Below, in pieces: positions 21,059 through 31,492 of a DNA stretch of 64,000 nucleotides (its first letter is position 1; every line of letters starts with the position of its first letter). The stretch is from positions 3,624 through 67,623 of the forward strand of contig JAWXCB010000062.1 in assembly GCA_034440455.1 (NCBI GenBank). The letters are read 5' to 3'. Origin of the DNA: Chitinophagales bacterium. Lineage in GTDB: Bacteria; Bacteroidota; Bacteroidia; Chitinophagales; CAIOSU01. Position numbers and translations under genes: made by a program. The notes beneath the pieces were generated by a model. That model saw only the letters and a list, made by a program, of their open reading frames with translations. It had not been told where the DNA came from and made no database searches.

Positions 21059-22336
21059 ATGGAGAAGAGAGTAGGCGTGATGCACTTTGTATTAATGGGA
21101 ACGCATCTAATCAAAAGCAGTTCTCATGGGAAAAGCAGAGTGCTGCGCGATATGTTGATTTATTTATTGAAGTCTTTTGAATGGCGTCTCCGCCTATCTG
21201 TTATTGACCCGTTAAATCGTATCAGAGAGTTTTTTTTTATTCTCGCTTTTAGAAAAAGGTGCTGCAAATTTTTTCCTTCCCTGCGAAAGTATTACTCTGA
21301 AAGCGAACCTCCCGCAAATCTGCAAGACCAGCACAACGCAATATTCACAGACAACTATTATTTACTGAAACCATTAAAGCTGCTACAACTGTCTGATTAT
21401 CAGCTTTACATCACAAGTTATTTTGGAATAGCATTCAAAAATTTCAGCATACTGCCTGAATCTATTCACGGACAATGGGCGAAGAGACGCAAGGTTGTGT
21501 TTAAGAATTATTATCAAATGGTAATGGGTTCCTGGCTTTATGCCCAACACGGAAAAGAAGGAGGTGTTGAACAGTTAAATGATAAGGAACATTATCTGCA
21601 TGTGCATCACTGGTTTAACTATTATCATTGGCTCACGGAAACGATTGTCAGGTTGTGGGTAGTGAAAGAAGAGATGAGCGAATACACTTTGCTCTTGCCG
21701 GAGGGATTGAAGGAAATCAATTTCGTGAAGCAATCGCTTGAAGCATTTGGCGTTAAAAAAATTTATTGGGTAAAAGAAGGTATCCCGATTCAGGTAAAAA
21801 AATTAACCCTCGTGCAAAACAAACCCTATTGCAATCATTATGACCCGATGCAAATGAAGCAGATAGGACTTTTTTTTAGAGATTATTCCACAGAGCATCC
21901 ATGTGCGCATGAAACATTTGGTGACAAAATATTCATCACAAGAAAGAAAGCGGAAAGAAGAAAAATGGTGAATGAAGAAGATATGAAGAATCTGCTGACG
22001 GCTTTCGGATTCAGAATGGTCGCGTTGGAAGACTATACGTTACTTCAGGAAATATCCATTATGAGCAAAGCAAAATATTTAATCGGGATGCATGGCGCAG
22101 GATTGACAAATATGGTGTTCATGCCTCCCGGAGGCAAAGTGCTGGAGTTGCATCGCGCAATTCATTCTTCAAATGACATGCATAGCGATGTCTATTGGAA
22201 GCTGGCATCTGCTCTTGACCATAAATATTATTACCAATTCTGCGAACCCGCTGATGCAGCGCAAAATTTCTTTGAGGCTGACCTTTTGGTTGATAAGAAT
22301 CTGTTTGAAGAAAATCTCAAAAAATTTATTTCTTAG
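21059..22336 (+). CDS. Glycosyltransferase family 61 (DUF563)
   Basis: HWLTETIVRLW and GMHGAGLTNMVFMPPGGKVLEL motifs. The true start may be an internal Met. Confidence 0.7.
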   Translation: MEKRVGVMHFVLMGTHLIKSSSHGKSRVLRDMLIYLLKSFEWRLRLSVIDPLNRIREFFFILAFRKRCCKFFPSLRKYYSESEPPANLQDQHNAIFTDNYYLLKPLKLLQLSDYQLYITSYFGIAFKNFSILPESIHGQWAKRRKVVFKNYYQMVMGSWLYAQHGKEGGVEQLNDKEHYLHVHHWFNYYHWLTETIVRLWVVKEEMSEYTLLLPEGLKEINFVKQSLEAFGVKKIYWVKEGIPIQVKKLTLVQNKPYCNHYDPMQMKQIGLFFRDYSTEHPCAHETFGDKIFITRKKAERRKMVNEEDMKNLLTAFGFRMVALEDYTLLQEISIMSKAKYLIGMHGAGLTNMVFMPPGGKVLELHRAIHSSNDMHSDVYWKLASALDHKYYYQFCEPADAAQNFFEADLLVDKNLFEENLKKFIS

Positions 22337-22484
22337 TCCGCTGAAAATTCCTCTTTCAGGCAACTCTTATCTTTACTTCACCTGTAGTGAACAAGGAGAA
22401 GCGTCATAATAAGACTATACTGATGACATCAAAAAAATCCAAAGCGAGTTTGATTCCTCTGAAAAATATTAGAGTAGCGCAATA

Positions 22485-23777
22485 ATGAGTAAAACAGGAA
22501 AGGTTCTCGTTTTAGCTTATGATTTTCCGCCTTATCCCTCCATTGCAGGTCAGCGCCCCGCAAGCTGGCTGCGCTATTTCAAACAACTTGGAGTAGAGCC
22601 TCATGTAATTACACGCCATTGGGACGTAGAAATTAATAGCCACATAGATTGTTTTCGCGCAAGCAAAAACAAAACAGTTCACACAGAACAAACAGTCATA
22701 GGAACCATTACCCGGGTTCCCTATTATCCAAACATCAGGGATAGGATGCTAACCGGATTAGGCGAGCAGCGGTTTGTTTTTTTTAGAAAAGCGATTTCCT
22801 TCCTGCTGGAAATTCTAAAATTTCATTTCTTTTATTTTGATAACAGGTCCGACATTTTTCACGAAGCAAGAAAAGCGCTTCAGCAAAATCGCTATGATGC
22901 AATCATTGCGACAGGCGAGCCTTTTATCTTATTCAGATATGCAAGTTTGCTCTCAAAAGAGTTCGGCATTCCCTGGGTTGCAGATTTTCGCGATGGCTGG
23001 TCTATCAATCGAATCAATCCGCCAAAATCATTTGCGGAAAAATTGTTAATGCGTCATGCACATTATTTAGAAAACAAACTGATTCCACTGGCAGAATTAA
23101 TCACAACTGCATCTCCTTCCTATAAAAATGATTTGCAGCAGCTTTTTCCAAATAAGCGAGTTGAAGTTATTTACAACGGGTTTGATGATGACACATTGCG
23201 CGCGATTCCTGATATTCAGCAAGACAAAGAAATTTTCAGAATTGCTTATGCGGGTACCATTTATCCTTTCCAGCACCTTGAATCATTTCTGGAAGGGTTT
23301 CGGAAATTCATTTTGAATACCAATGCCCGAAACGTAAAAATTATTTTCTACGGAGTTGAATTTTATCCCGAACAGGTTCAGCGCGTTTTGTCATTTGATT
23401 CTTCCTTGTTGCCTTATCTTGAGATGACCGGGAAATTGTCTTATGAAAAAGTATTGATGAACCTGAAGCAAGCGAGCGTACTTCTCTTGCTTGGCGCGAA
23501 AAATAATAATACGCTTTCGGCTAAAATATTTGACTACCTCGCTTCGGAGCGATTTATTCTTTTTGTTCAAAACGACCATGGAGTTTTGCAAGAAATCATG
23601 CAAAAAAGTAACGGGGGAGCGAGTTGTGAAAATGCAGACGATGTATGTGCCGCGTTAGAGCGTAGTTATTCCGAGCATAAACTCAAAGGCGCGGTAACGC
23701 AAAATCCGTCAGGCTTTAAAGAATACTCAAGAAAACATCAAGCTCTAAGATTAGTTGAGCTGTTAAAGTCAATTTGA
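22485..23777 (+). CDS. Glycosyltransferase, GT-B fold (GT4-like)
   Basis: 430 aa with GT-B-like architecture in glycan-cluster context. Confidence 0.6.
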   Translation: MSKTGKVLVLAYDFPPYPSIAGQRPASWLRYFKQLGVEPHVITRHWDVEINSHIDCFRASKNKTVHTEQTVIGTITRVPYYPNIRDRMLTGLGEQRFVFFRKAISFLLEILKFHFFYFDNRSDIFHEARKALQQNRYDAIIATGEPFILFRYASLLSKEFGIPWVADFRDGWSINRINPPKSFAEKLLMRHAHYLENKLIPLAELITTASPSYKNDLQQLFPNKRVEVIYNGFDDDTLRAIPDIQQDKEIFRIAYAGTIYPFQHLESFLEGFRKFILNTNARNVKIIFYGVEFYPEQVQRVLSFDSSLLPYLEMTGKLSYEKVLMNLKQASVLLLLGAKNNNTLSAKIFDYLASERFILFVQNDHGVLQEIMQKSNGGASCENADDVCAALERSYSEHKLKGAVTQNPSGFKEYSRKHQALRLVELLKSI

Positions 23778-24935
23778 TTGCAGAATGCAGCGATACAATT
23801 CCAGCAGTTTATTCATTTCGATAGCGCGGTTTCCGTGCAGGTTCACGCGGGAGAAAGCTCTTTCTAGTAATTCATCCGGATAAGATTGAAGCGCTGACTC
23901 AATTGCGCTTGCCAACTGACGGGCATCGGTTTTATTTATTCGAATGCAGGTGTCATCAAAAAGAATGCTGTCATAATCTGCATCGCCCATAATTAATTTA
24001 CATCGGGCAGACATTGCTTCAAGCGCTGAGTTCGGTGTGCCGTCCGTATGCGGAACCATAATTGTAAGGCTCGCCTTTTTAAAACAAGTCCATACTTCTT
24101 TTGGAGTGAGCCTGTCGAAAATGAGATATTTTAACCCTGCTACATTTTCGATTTCGTCCTTCATTTTCAAAAAATAATCATCAGGCTCCATAAAAACATC
24201 TTTGCCGTGAATAAACACGAAGGTGTATTCCTCCAGCAGGGTTTTATTTAACAAGCGGATTGCGGCAATCTGCGTCTCCAAATTATACTGGGGAAACATC
24301 CAGCGGGGTGAGAAAATAAATTTCACACCAGCTAAAGGTTGCGGGATGTATTCGCTCGCGTCAAGTTGTGCAATTGTTTCAACATCTACGCCCGTTCTGA
24401 TGAGCCGGCAATTCCGGCTGAGGTGAAAGGTGTCCGCGATGCAGTCTATTTGTTTCTGGGATGTTGAAGTAACAAACGCTGCTTTTTGAAATGCCCGTCT
24501 GAAAATAGAAAACAAGATTTTATTGTGCCAGCCTTTAATCCCTTTTGTAGTTCTCAATCCCGGTATCACTTTTAGTATATCAGAACCTCTTGTGGTAAGA
24601 ATAAATGGAGTCGTCAGGAAAGGGGCGTATAAAGCATGAGGAGTAGTGAATAACATGTGAACGATGTCAATCTTGTGATTGTCAATCAGTCCATTTAATT
24701 TTTTAACTGAGTTGAAAGTGCTGAAAATATTTTTAAGCGAAAAGGAAGAATAAGCAGGTAAAACGGTGATCCCGTTTTCAAGAAAGAACTTTTTCGCAGA
24801 TTGATTTTCCGGTGTTTCAAAAATTGTTTCCCAAATGACGAATTGTTTTATGTCGCTGCGGTTTGAGAAAAATAAAATCCATTTGTGGTCATGAATGCTC
24901 GTAGGTGTGCAAACGTGCAGGATGTTCAAATTCAA
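23769..24935 (-). CDS. Glycosyltransferase family 4/1
   Basis: 388 aa. The C-terminal EGTPNSALEAMSARCKLI region is typical of GT4 (E-x7-E region). Confidence 0.7.
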   Translation of the reverse strand: MNLNILHVCTPTSIHDHKWILFFSNRSDIKQFVIWETIFETPENQSAKKFFLENGITVLPAYSSFSLKNIFSTFNSVKKLNGLIDNHKIDIVHMLFTTPHALYAPFLTTPFILTTRGSDILKVIPGLRTTKGIKGWHNKILFSIFRRAFQKAAFVTSTSQKQIDCIADTFHLSRNCRLIRTGVDVETIAQLDASEYIPQPLAGVKFIFSPRWMFPQYNLETQIAAIRLLNKTLLEEYTFVFIHGKDVFMEPDDYFLKMKDEIENVAGLKYLIFDRLTPKEVWTCFKKASLTIMVPHTDGTPNSALEAMSARCKLIMGDADYDSILFDDTCIRINKTDARQLASAIESALQSYPDELLERAFSRVNLHGNRAIEMNKLLELYRCILQSN

Positions 24936-25055
24936 GGTTGTTTGCGCAAATATACCTCAGAAAATAGCCGGGCTTTCAAAACTCGGGGCTATTAAAACCT
25001 TGTAATGCAGATGGAAGGTTTAAAAATAAAAGTGTTAGCGCTTGTTCCTGACGAT

Positions 25056-25093
25056 AAAAAAAAAGAGGCTGTCCCATTGAACGGGACAGCCTC
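25056..25093 (-). terminator. Intrinsic terminator of the DUF4397 gene
   Basis: Perfect 11-bp stem gaggctgtccc (25065-25075) / gggacagcctc (25083-25093), followed on the minus strand by a T9 run (25056-25064). Confidence 0.85.
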
Positions 25094-25117
25094 ACCCAAA
25101 ACATAAAACACAATTCT

Positions 25118-27568
25118 TTATTCTACAAACACAGGTTGTGAAACTTTTAGTTTTTCACCTGCCTCAATCTGCACCATGTAGTAGCCTGTTTCCAACCCGA
25201 TGATGTTTGCGCGCAACGTGTGATTGCCGGCAGCGAGTTCGCCTGCCTGTATGCTTCTCACTAATTCACCTGCTGTGGTAAAAAGATTCATGCGCACTTC
25301 GCTTGTCTTTTCCAATGCGAAGTCAACATTCACCAATTCAGTAGTTGGATTGGGATAAAATTTCACATTGCGGATGAACACATTCTGTTCATCAACGCTT
25401 GTGTAAAGCGGCAATGCAACCAATGCACCACCGGAAGGAAGCGCGGCATATAATCCAAACGCTGCGCCATTGCTGTTGTTTGCAGGATTCAGAAAGCCTG
25501 AAGCAAGCACTGTCAAAGCAGCATCTTCCAATCCTAATGTTGCGAGCGGAGCAGCGAAAGCGGCAACTGTCGTTGTGCCGGTTTCATCGCGCACTTCAAT
25601 CACGTAATCAGCAGTGCCCAATTCCAAATAGCCTGCAAAATCATTGTAAGAAGCATCGTTCACAATTTCACCTGCGCCCACGCCTGTTTCATAAATATCA
25701 ACTGTTGGAGCATCAGTAGAACCGTGATATACGAGTACATCTGTTTTGCTCATGCCTTGTTGATTTGCTTCTTCACGCGCACCGGTGAAGATGTGCAATT
25801 CAAACGGCTGTGCAGGATTATACCCTGAACCGCTGATGATGCCATTTGCAATTGCGATATACTTTTCGTCCGTTACAAGCGAACCGATGTTAATCGTTGC
25901 AACTGCCTGACTTGCGCTTGTGCTGTTTGCCGGAGCGAATGCAATGCTGAGAGGAAGATTTGACGGCAAATCAACAAATGCCGTGGCTGTTCTGAAAGCA
26001 ACATCTTCCACTTTTGCAATTTCATCTCCGATTGCGTCAATTACATACACGTCCACTGTTGCGGCAGCCGCATCAGCAGAGTTGTGAATTACCTGCACAC
26101 GCGCAGTTTCAATTTCAGGAAGCGGGAAAGTAGTGCCTGTTGGAAGCGCAACCCAAATTCCAAAGGGCGCGCCATTTGCAGGATTTAAAAACCCTGATGC
26201 AAATGCAATCGCTGCTGCACCGGAAGCAGTGCCGAGCGGAGCGTAATAGGATTTTACAGTTGTTGTGCCGGAAGCGTCTTTCACATCAATGATGTATTCC
26301 GTTGCGGGAACGCTTGCATAACCAGCGCTTGATTCAAGATAAGAAAGGTCATCAGCGAGTGTTGCAACACCGCGCGCAACAATGTCAACCGTAGGCGCGT
26401 CAATTGAACCATGATGAATTAAAATATCTGCGTTGGAAGGATTCGTTCCGGTTTCCTGCGCGGGACCAAGCGCAATCAGCGTGAAAGAAGGATTCACTCC
26501 ATCCGGATTGATGCCTGATTTGCCGGTTGTGTCAGCAAGCCCGTCAGCAATGATTACATATTTTCCGCCATCCATCAACGCAGTTCCGAAATCAATTTTT
26601 CCTAATGTGCCATTATCTGCATTTGCGCTGTTGGGCGCATTCAGGGAAACAACAGTCGGATAGCCTGTCTGTACATCAAAAAATTCTGTCGCTTCGCGGA
26701 AGGATAAATCGTTCAATGCAGTTGAACCCTGCAATCCGTTTACATATAAATCTACTGTAGCCGTAAGAGGGTCGGGAGAATTATGAATCACTTGTACACG
26801 CGCTGTTCCCGGAGTGGGCAGCGTCAGCACTGTTCCGTCAGGCAATGCTGCAAACAAGCCGAAAGCTGCGCCATTGTTATTGTTCGCAGGAGTTAAGAAA
26901 CCGGATGCGAATACAACGATTGCCGCATCAGCAGCGCCACTGAGGTCAGCTATGAACGTAGCGATAGTTGCTGTTCCTGTTTCATCTTTCACATCCAGCG
27001 CATAAGCTGCTGCGGGAATATTTGCATAGCCGGCAGTGAAATCGGTATAAGCCAAATCATTAATGAGCGCAATCGGTGCGCCACCGCCTGTGCGCGCATC
27101 TACGTCAACGGTGGGCGCATCGGTAGAGCCGTGAAACACAAGCACATCCACGTTTCCACTCACCGAACTTGTTTCGCGTCCGGCAGTAGGATAGAGGCTG
27201 AACCCAATGCTTACGCCATCAGGATTTGCAGCAAAGCCGCTGCCTACAAGACCGTTGGCAAAGAGCACATAAGTTTCGCCAACCATCAACGGACCAACTG
27301 GAAAAGTTGCGATTGCATCTCCAACTGATGTGCTTGTTGAAGGAGCAACAGCAACACTTAACGCAACACCTGCGGCAACATCCGTGTAAGGAGTTGCTGT
27401 GCGAAATCCAAAGTCATCAAGCAACAGACCTCCGTTGACATATACGTCAACAGATGCTGCCGCAGGGTCTGCTGCATTATGAATTACTTGTAGCCGCGCT
27501 GTTTGTGCGAACACGCTGCTTATGCTTGCAAGCAGAAAAGGGAGCATTGTAAAAATTTTTTGTTTCAT
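25118..27568 (-). CDS. Secreted DUF4397 repeat protein with T9SS C-terminal sorting domain
   Basis: Signal peptide. Three units of about 250 aa each open with AR(L/V)QVIHN..D...A.VD(V/L)YV. C-terminus FYPNPTT...YYMVQIEAGEKLKVSQPVFVE is a Por secretion tail. Confidence 0.8.
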   Translation of the reverse strand: MKQKIFTMLPFLLASISSVFAQTARLQVIHNAADPAAASVDVYVNGGLLLDDFGFRTATPYTDVAAGVALSVAVAPSTSTSVGDAIATFPVGPLMVGETYVLFANGLVGSGFAANPDGVSIGFSLYPTAGRETSSVSGNVDVLVFHGSTDAPTVDVDARTGGGAPIALINDLAYTDFTAGYANIPAAAYALDVKDETGTATIATFIADLSGAADAAIVVFASGFLTPANNNNGAAFGLFAALPDGTVLTLPTPGTARVQVIHNSPDPLTATVDLYVNGLQGSTALNDLSFREATEFFDVQTGYPTVVSLNAPNSANADNGTLGKIDFGTALMDGGKYVIIADGLADTTGKSGINPDGVNPSFTLIALGPAQETGTNPSNADILIHHGSIDAPTVDIVARGVATLADDLSYLESSAGYASVPATEYIIDVKDASGTTTVKSYYAPLGTASGAAAIAFASGFLNPANGAPFGIWVALPTGTTFPLPEIETARVQVIHNSADAAAATVDVYVIDAIGDEIAKVEDVAFRTATAFVDLPSNLPLSIAFAPANSTSASQAVATINIGSLVTDEKYIAIANGIISGSGYNPAQPFELHIFTGAREEANQQGMSKTDVLVYHGSTDAPTVDIYETGVGAGEIVNDASYNDFAGYLELGTADYVIEVRDETGTTTVAAFAAPLATLGLEDAALTVLASGFLNPANNSNGAAFGLYAALPSGGALVALPLYTSVDEQNVFIRNVKFYPNPTTELVNVDFALEKTSEVRMNLFTTAGELVRSIQAGELAAGNHTLRANIIGLETGYYMVQIEAGEKLKVSQPVFVE

Positions 27569-27693
27569 TGGTGTTTGTTTTTTTGGTAGAATAAATTTTT
27601 GTTTTGAATTTAACTGTTAAAACAAGCAGGGTTGAAAATTGTTTTTAGATTGCAGAAATAATTTCAAAAAAAATTAACCAACTGACTGAATCA

Positions 27694-29202
27694 ATGCTTG
27701 CAGCGCTTATTAAGAAAAGACTAAAGAATTATAAAATACAGGTTGCTGACATTGACGCATCGTTGGAGCAAAAACTGCGAAAGTCAAAAAGCGTTGCGGT
27801 AATCGGTAGCGGACTTGCGGGACTAAGCGCAGCTACTACGCTGGCAGAGCGCGGCTTCAAAGTGACTGTAATTGAAAAGAGTAATTACATCGGGGGGAAG
27901 ACAGGAGCATGGCAGCATACCTTCAAGGATGGCTACACCGTGACGATTGACCACGGGTTTCATGCTTTTTTTTATCAGTATTACAACCTGTGGAATTTCA
28001 TAGAGAAGATGCAAGTGAAGAAATTCATGCGCCCGATTGAAGAATATCTTGTGCTGAATCACCAAAAAGAGAAACTCAGTTTTAAGGGAATTGCAAAAAC
28101 TCCGTTGCTGAATATTTTGTCGCTGGGGTGGAAGGGCTTTTACAGTTTCTTTGAAATTCTTCGCAAGCCGCAAAGCATGGAAATGGCTGCGTTTCTGAAT
28201 TACAGCGAGGATACTACTTTTAAAAAGTATGACAAGCAGTCGTTTGCTGAATTTACGGGGCGATTACAACTTCCAAAAAATTTACGCTTAGTATTCAACT
28301 CGTTTTCAAGAGCATTTTTCGCAGAGCCGCAGCAGATGTCTATGGCAGAGTTGATGAAGAGTTTTCACTTTTTTTATCTCAGTCACGATTATGGAATTGA
28401 CTATGATTATTTCATGGGAAATTATGACGACTGCTTGTTGAAGCCCACAAAAGAATATCTTGAAAAATCAGGCGCGGTATTTTTTATCAATGAAAAAGTG
28501 GAGCGCATTGAAAAAACCATGCACGGAATTCGCGTCAACAACAGCGAGTTTGATTATGCGGTTGTCGCTGCGGATGTGAAAGGAACAAAGAGGATTGCGC
28601 AAAATAGCGATTGGATAAAAAAGGAAACTCCGCAGTATTACAATCAACTGAATAGTTTGCAACATGCAAATGGCTACGCAGTGTACAAGCTCTGGATAAA
28701 AGGGCGCATCGAAGAAACAATCCCGGTGTTTGTGATTACTGACCGACTGAAGGCACTTGATGCAGTAACTGTGTTTGATGCTTTTGATGCAGAAGCAAAG
28801 AAGTGGGCTGATGAAAACAATGGAACAGTATTGGAGTTGCATTGTTATTCAGTAACACCGGAATTTTATGACCGTGAAAAAATCAGCAAGCAATTTCTCG
28901 CAGAGTTGTATCATTACTTCCCTGTGCTAATTGAAAAAGAAATCGTGTATGAATATTTGCAATTAGACAACAACTTCTCTTCTTTTCAAATGAATCAGCA
29001 TGACAGCAGACCATCGTATCAATCACCATTGCCGCAGGTGAAGTTTGCGGGCGATTGGGTGAAGCTGCCAATTCCGGCAATGCTGATGGAAGCGGCATTC
29101 AGCTCGGGACTTTTTGCAGCGAATGAAATTTTAGCGCAGGAAAAGTTGCAGGCAGCGCCTATTTGGTCAGTTCCCTTAAATGGTTTGTTGCATGGAAATT
29201 AG
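27694..29202 (+). CDS. FAD-dependent oxidoreductase (amine oxidase/phytoene desaturase superfamily)
   Basis: VAVIGSGLAGLSAATTLAERGFKVTVIEKSNYIGGK dinucleotide-binding motif, next to a lycopene cyclase-domain gene. Confidence 0.75.
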   Translation: MLAALIKKRLKNYKIQVADIDASLEQKLRKSKSVAVIGSGLAGLSAATTLAERGFKVTVIEKSNYIGGKTGAWQHTFKDGYTVTIDHGFHAFFYQYYNLWNFIEKMQVKKFMRPIEEYLVLNHQKEKLSFKGIAKTPLLNILSLGWKGFYSFFEILRKPQSMEMAAFLNYSEDTTFKKYDKQSFAEFTGRLQLPKNLRLVFNSFSRAFFAEPQQMSMAELMKSFHFFYLSHDYGIDYDYFMGNYDDCLLKPTKEYLEKSGAVFFINEKVERIEKTMHGIRVNNSEFDYAVVAADVKGTKRIAQNSDWIKKETPQYYNQLNSLQHANGYAVYKLWIKGRIEETIPVFVITDRLKALDAVTVFDAFDAEAKKWADENNGTVLELHCYSVTPEFYDREKISKQFLAELYHYFPVLIEKEIVYEYLQLDNNFSSFQMNQHDSRPSYQSPLPQVKFAGDWVKLPIPAMLMEAAFSSGLFAANEILAQEKLQAAPIWSVPLNGLLHGN

Positions 29203-29716
29203 CGCGCGACTTTTTATTTTTTTCTTTTTGAGTTGGAATTCTGTTTCAGCACAATTATCGTTACCTCAACTGCGCGAACTTTATTTAGCTGCCGTAGAGA
29301 ACCGCGAGCAATCGGATAAGTTCATGCAATACATGAATTCGGTCAAACACGAAGATGCGCTGCTCCATGCTTATTTTGCGTCTGCGCAAGCGTTGGTTTC
29401 AAAGCATCTTTCCGGTCCATCCGACAAACTGAAATATTTGCGGTTAGCCGACAAATCATTTGAAGAGGCAATTCAAAAAAATCCAAACGATGCGGAAGTG
29501 CGTTTTCTGCGCTTTTCCGTGCAACTGCATTTGCCCCGCTTTCTTGGTTACAGCGATGATATGGAAAACGACATCGAAGGGATGCTGCAAAAAATTCCAC
29601 ACACGAAATCACTGCAAGATTATCCTGATTGGCTGAAGACAGTAATTGGTTTTATGCTTGATTCCGGAGAGTGTTCAGATACACAGGAAGCAAAATTCAA
29701 AGCCCTGCTGAAGTGA
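29192..29716 (+). CDS. Hypothetical secreted protein
   Basis: ORF with signal-like N-terminus MEISARLFIFFFLSWNSVSAQ. Its stop overlaps the GTG start of the next gene (GTGA at 29713-29716). Confidence 0.5.
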   Translation: MEISARLFIFFFLSWNSVSAQLSLPQLRELYLAAVENREQSDKFMQYMNSVKHEDALLHAYFASAQALVSKHLSGPSDKLKYLRLADKSFEEAIQKNPNDAEVRFLRFSVQLHLPRFLGYSDDMENDIEGMLQKIPHTKSLQDYPDWLKTVIGFMLDSGECSDTQEAKFKALLK

Positions 29717-30384
29717 AATACACATACCTCCTCATTAACATCTTCACGATTATCGGTCCGCTCTTGAGTTCGTTTGAGCGCAAGGTAAATTTTAAGGCAA
29801 AGTGGAAATATGCGCTTGCTGCAAACGTGTTCGTTGCAATTCCGTTTCTTATTTGGGATGTATTTTTTACCAAGCAGGGCGTGTGGGGCTTCAACGCGGA
29901 GTATTGCATCGGCACTGATTTAGCCGGTATGCCAATTGAAGAGTGGCTGTTTTTTTTTACTGTGCCTTTCGCTTGCCTGCTGATTTATGAAACGGTATGT
30001 ACGCTTCGACCAACTCCAACTTTCAGCAGAATTTCGCTGCATGTCGCAACGATTGCGGGAACGCTGCTGCTTGCGCTTGCAATAGTTTTCAGCAATCAAA
30101 TCTATACTGTGGTTGGTTTTTCGCTTGCAGGTTTGTTGCTGTTGACACACGGATTGATTTTGAAGCAGAAATATTTTTCCAACTTCTGGATTGCTTATCT
30201 CATCCACCTCCTTCCTTTTTTCATTGTGAATGGCATACTCACTTACCTGCCTGTTGTGTGGTACAACGATGCAGAAAACTTCGGCATTCGCATGGGCACA
30301 ATTCCAATTGAAGACAGCATTTATTCTTTACTGCTGTTGTTGGGAAATATCACGGTGTATGAGTTATTGCAGCGCAGAAACTGA
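29713..30384 (+). CDS. Lycopene cyclase domain-containing protein (fused CrtYc/Yd type)
   Basis: YTYLLINIFTIIGPLL, PIEEWLFFFTVPF and a second half with IPIEDSIYSLLLL: two lycopene-cyclase-domain repeats in a membrane protein. Start inferred at GTG 29713. Confidence 0.7.
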   Translation: MKYTYLLINIFTIIGPLLSSFERKVNFKAKWKYALAANVFVAIPFLIWDVFFTKQGVWGFNAEYCIGTDLAGMPIEEWLFFFTVPFACLLIYETVCTLRPTPTFSRISLHVATIAGTLLLALAIVFSNQIYTVVGFSLAGLLLLTHGLILKQKYFSNFWIAYLIHLLPFFIVNGILTYLPVVWYNDAENFGIRMGTIPIEDSIYSLLLLLGNITVYELLQRRN

Positions 30385-30520
30385 ACTTGTCCTGCCGGAC
30401 TACTTCCAGCATCCCCTGATTCTAAAATTTCAGGGAGAATGGAGCAGGATAGTAAAACTATTTACTCTCTTATTTGTTCAGGATTTCAACTACTTTTATT
30501 AAACAATAATTTCCTCAGTC

Positions 30521-31420
30521 TTGGGTCAATATTCTATCAGTGAATTGGAAAAATTATGCGGTATAAAGGCGCACACCATCCGTATTTGGGAGAGGCGCTA
30601 TGACCTGCGTTATCTTGACACACAGCGCACCGACACCAACATCCGCTACTATAGTGATGACGACCTGAAATACATGCTGAACCTTTCGCTCTTAGTGAAT
30701 AACGGCATTAAGATTTCAAAAGCTGCGCGTATGTCTAAAGAGGAAATCAATGCTACGGTAAATAGACTAACACAGGCTGCTGATTCGCACGAATTTGAAA
30801 TCAATACGTTTTTAGTTGCTATGTCGGAGTTTGACGAGGCGCGTTTTGACAGGCAGGCAACGGCTTGCATCATGAAATATGGCGTGGAGCAAACCGTGCT
30901 GAACATCATTTATCCCTTCCTGCACAAAATCGGCATCCTGTGGCAAACGGGTGCAATTAATCCCGCGCAGGAGCATTTTGTTTCGAACCTTATCCGGCAA
31001 AAGTTGCGTGTTGCAATTGACGGACTTGTGATTCCCGATGCGCGGCTTACAAAAAAATATTTGCTGTTTCTTCCTGAAGGCGAGCAGCATGACATCGGTT
31101 TGTTATTTGCGAATTACCTGATTCGCTCGCGTGGCTTTCACACGCTGTATCTCGGGCAGAGCGTTCCAATAGAAAACCTGCTGGAGACCAATATATTTTA
31201 CAAAGCGGATTACCTGTTCACCATCATTACGAGCGCATTTCGGGGAGAAGAGTTGATGGAGTATCTCCACCTGCTTTCAAAAACTTTTTCAAAAACTGAA
31301 ATACTTGTTTCCGGCTTGCTTTTGGAAGATAAGGAGATTAAAAAAGCGCCTGCGCATATCAAGATGCTGAAAAGTGTAGAGGATACGATGGCGCATTTGG
31401 AGAAAGAAAAGGGAAGCTGA
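30521..31420 (+). CDS. MerR-family regulator with cobalamin-binding domain (CarH/LitR-like)
   Basis: N-terminal MerR HTH YSISELEKLCGIKAHTIRIWERRY. C-terminal B12-binding signature E-x-H-x-x-G in PEGEQHDIGLLF. TTG start. Confidence 0.75.
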   Translation: MGQYSISELEKLCGIKAHTIRIWERRYDLRYLDTQRTDTNIRYYSDDDLKYMLNLSLLVNNGIKISKAARMSKEEINATVNRLTQAADSHEFEINTFLVAMSEFDEARFDRQATACIMKYGVEQTVLNIIYPFLHKIGILWQTGAINPAQEHFVSNLIRQKLRVAIDGLVIPDARLTKKYLLFLPEGEQHDIGLLFANYLIRSRGFHTLYLGQSVPIENLLETNIFYKADYLFTIITSAFRGEELMEYLHLLSKTFSKTEILVSGLLLEDKEIKKAPAHIKMLKSVEDTMAHLEKEKGS

Positions 31421-31442
31421 ATTTCATGTGCAAGCAGAAAAA

Positions 31443-31475
31443 AAAGCCCGCCTGCTTTTAGACAGAACGGGCTTT
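31443..31475. terminator. Hairpin between convergent genes, possible bidirectional terminator
   Basis: aaagcccg (31443-31450) pairs with cgggcttt (31468-31475). The loop is long, and A and T runs flank the stem. Confidence 0.45.
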
Positions 31476-31492
31476 TAAATTTGAAGACTAAC

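Noticed and set aside
25399-27438. Several 60-106-aa + strand ORFs inside the DUF4397 gene
   Set aside because: They are antisense artefacts of a GC-rich, repetitive coding region. The minus-strand 816-aa ORF has a signal peptide, repeats and a T9SS tail.
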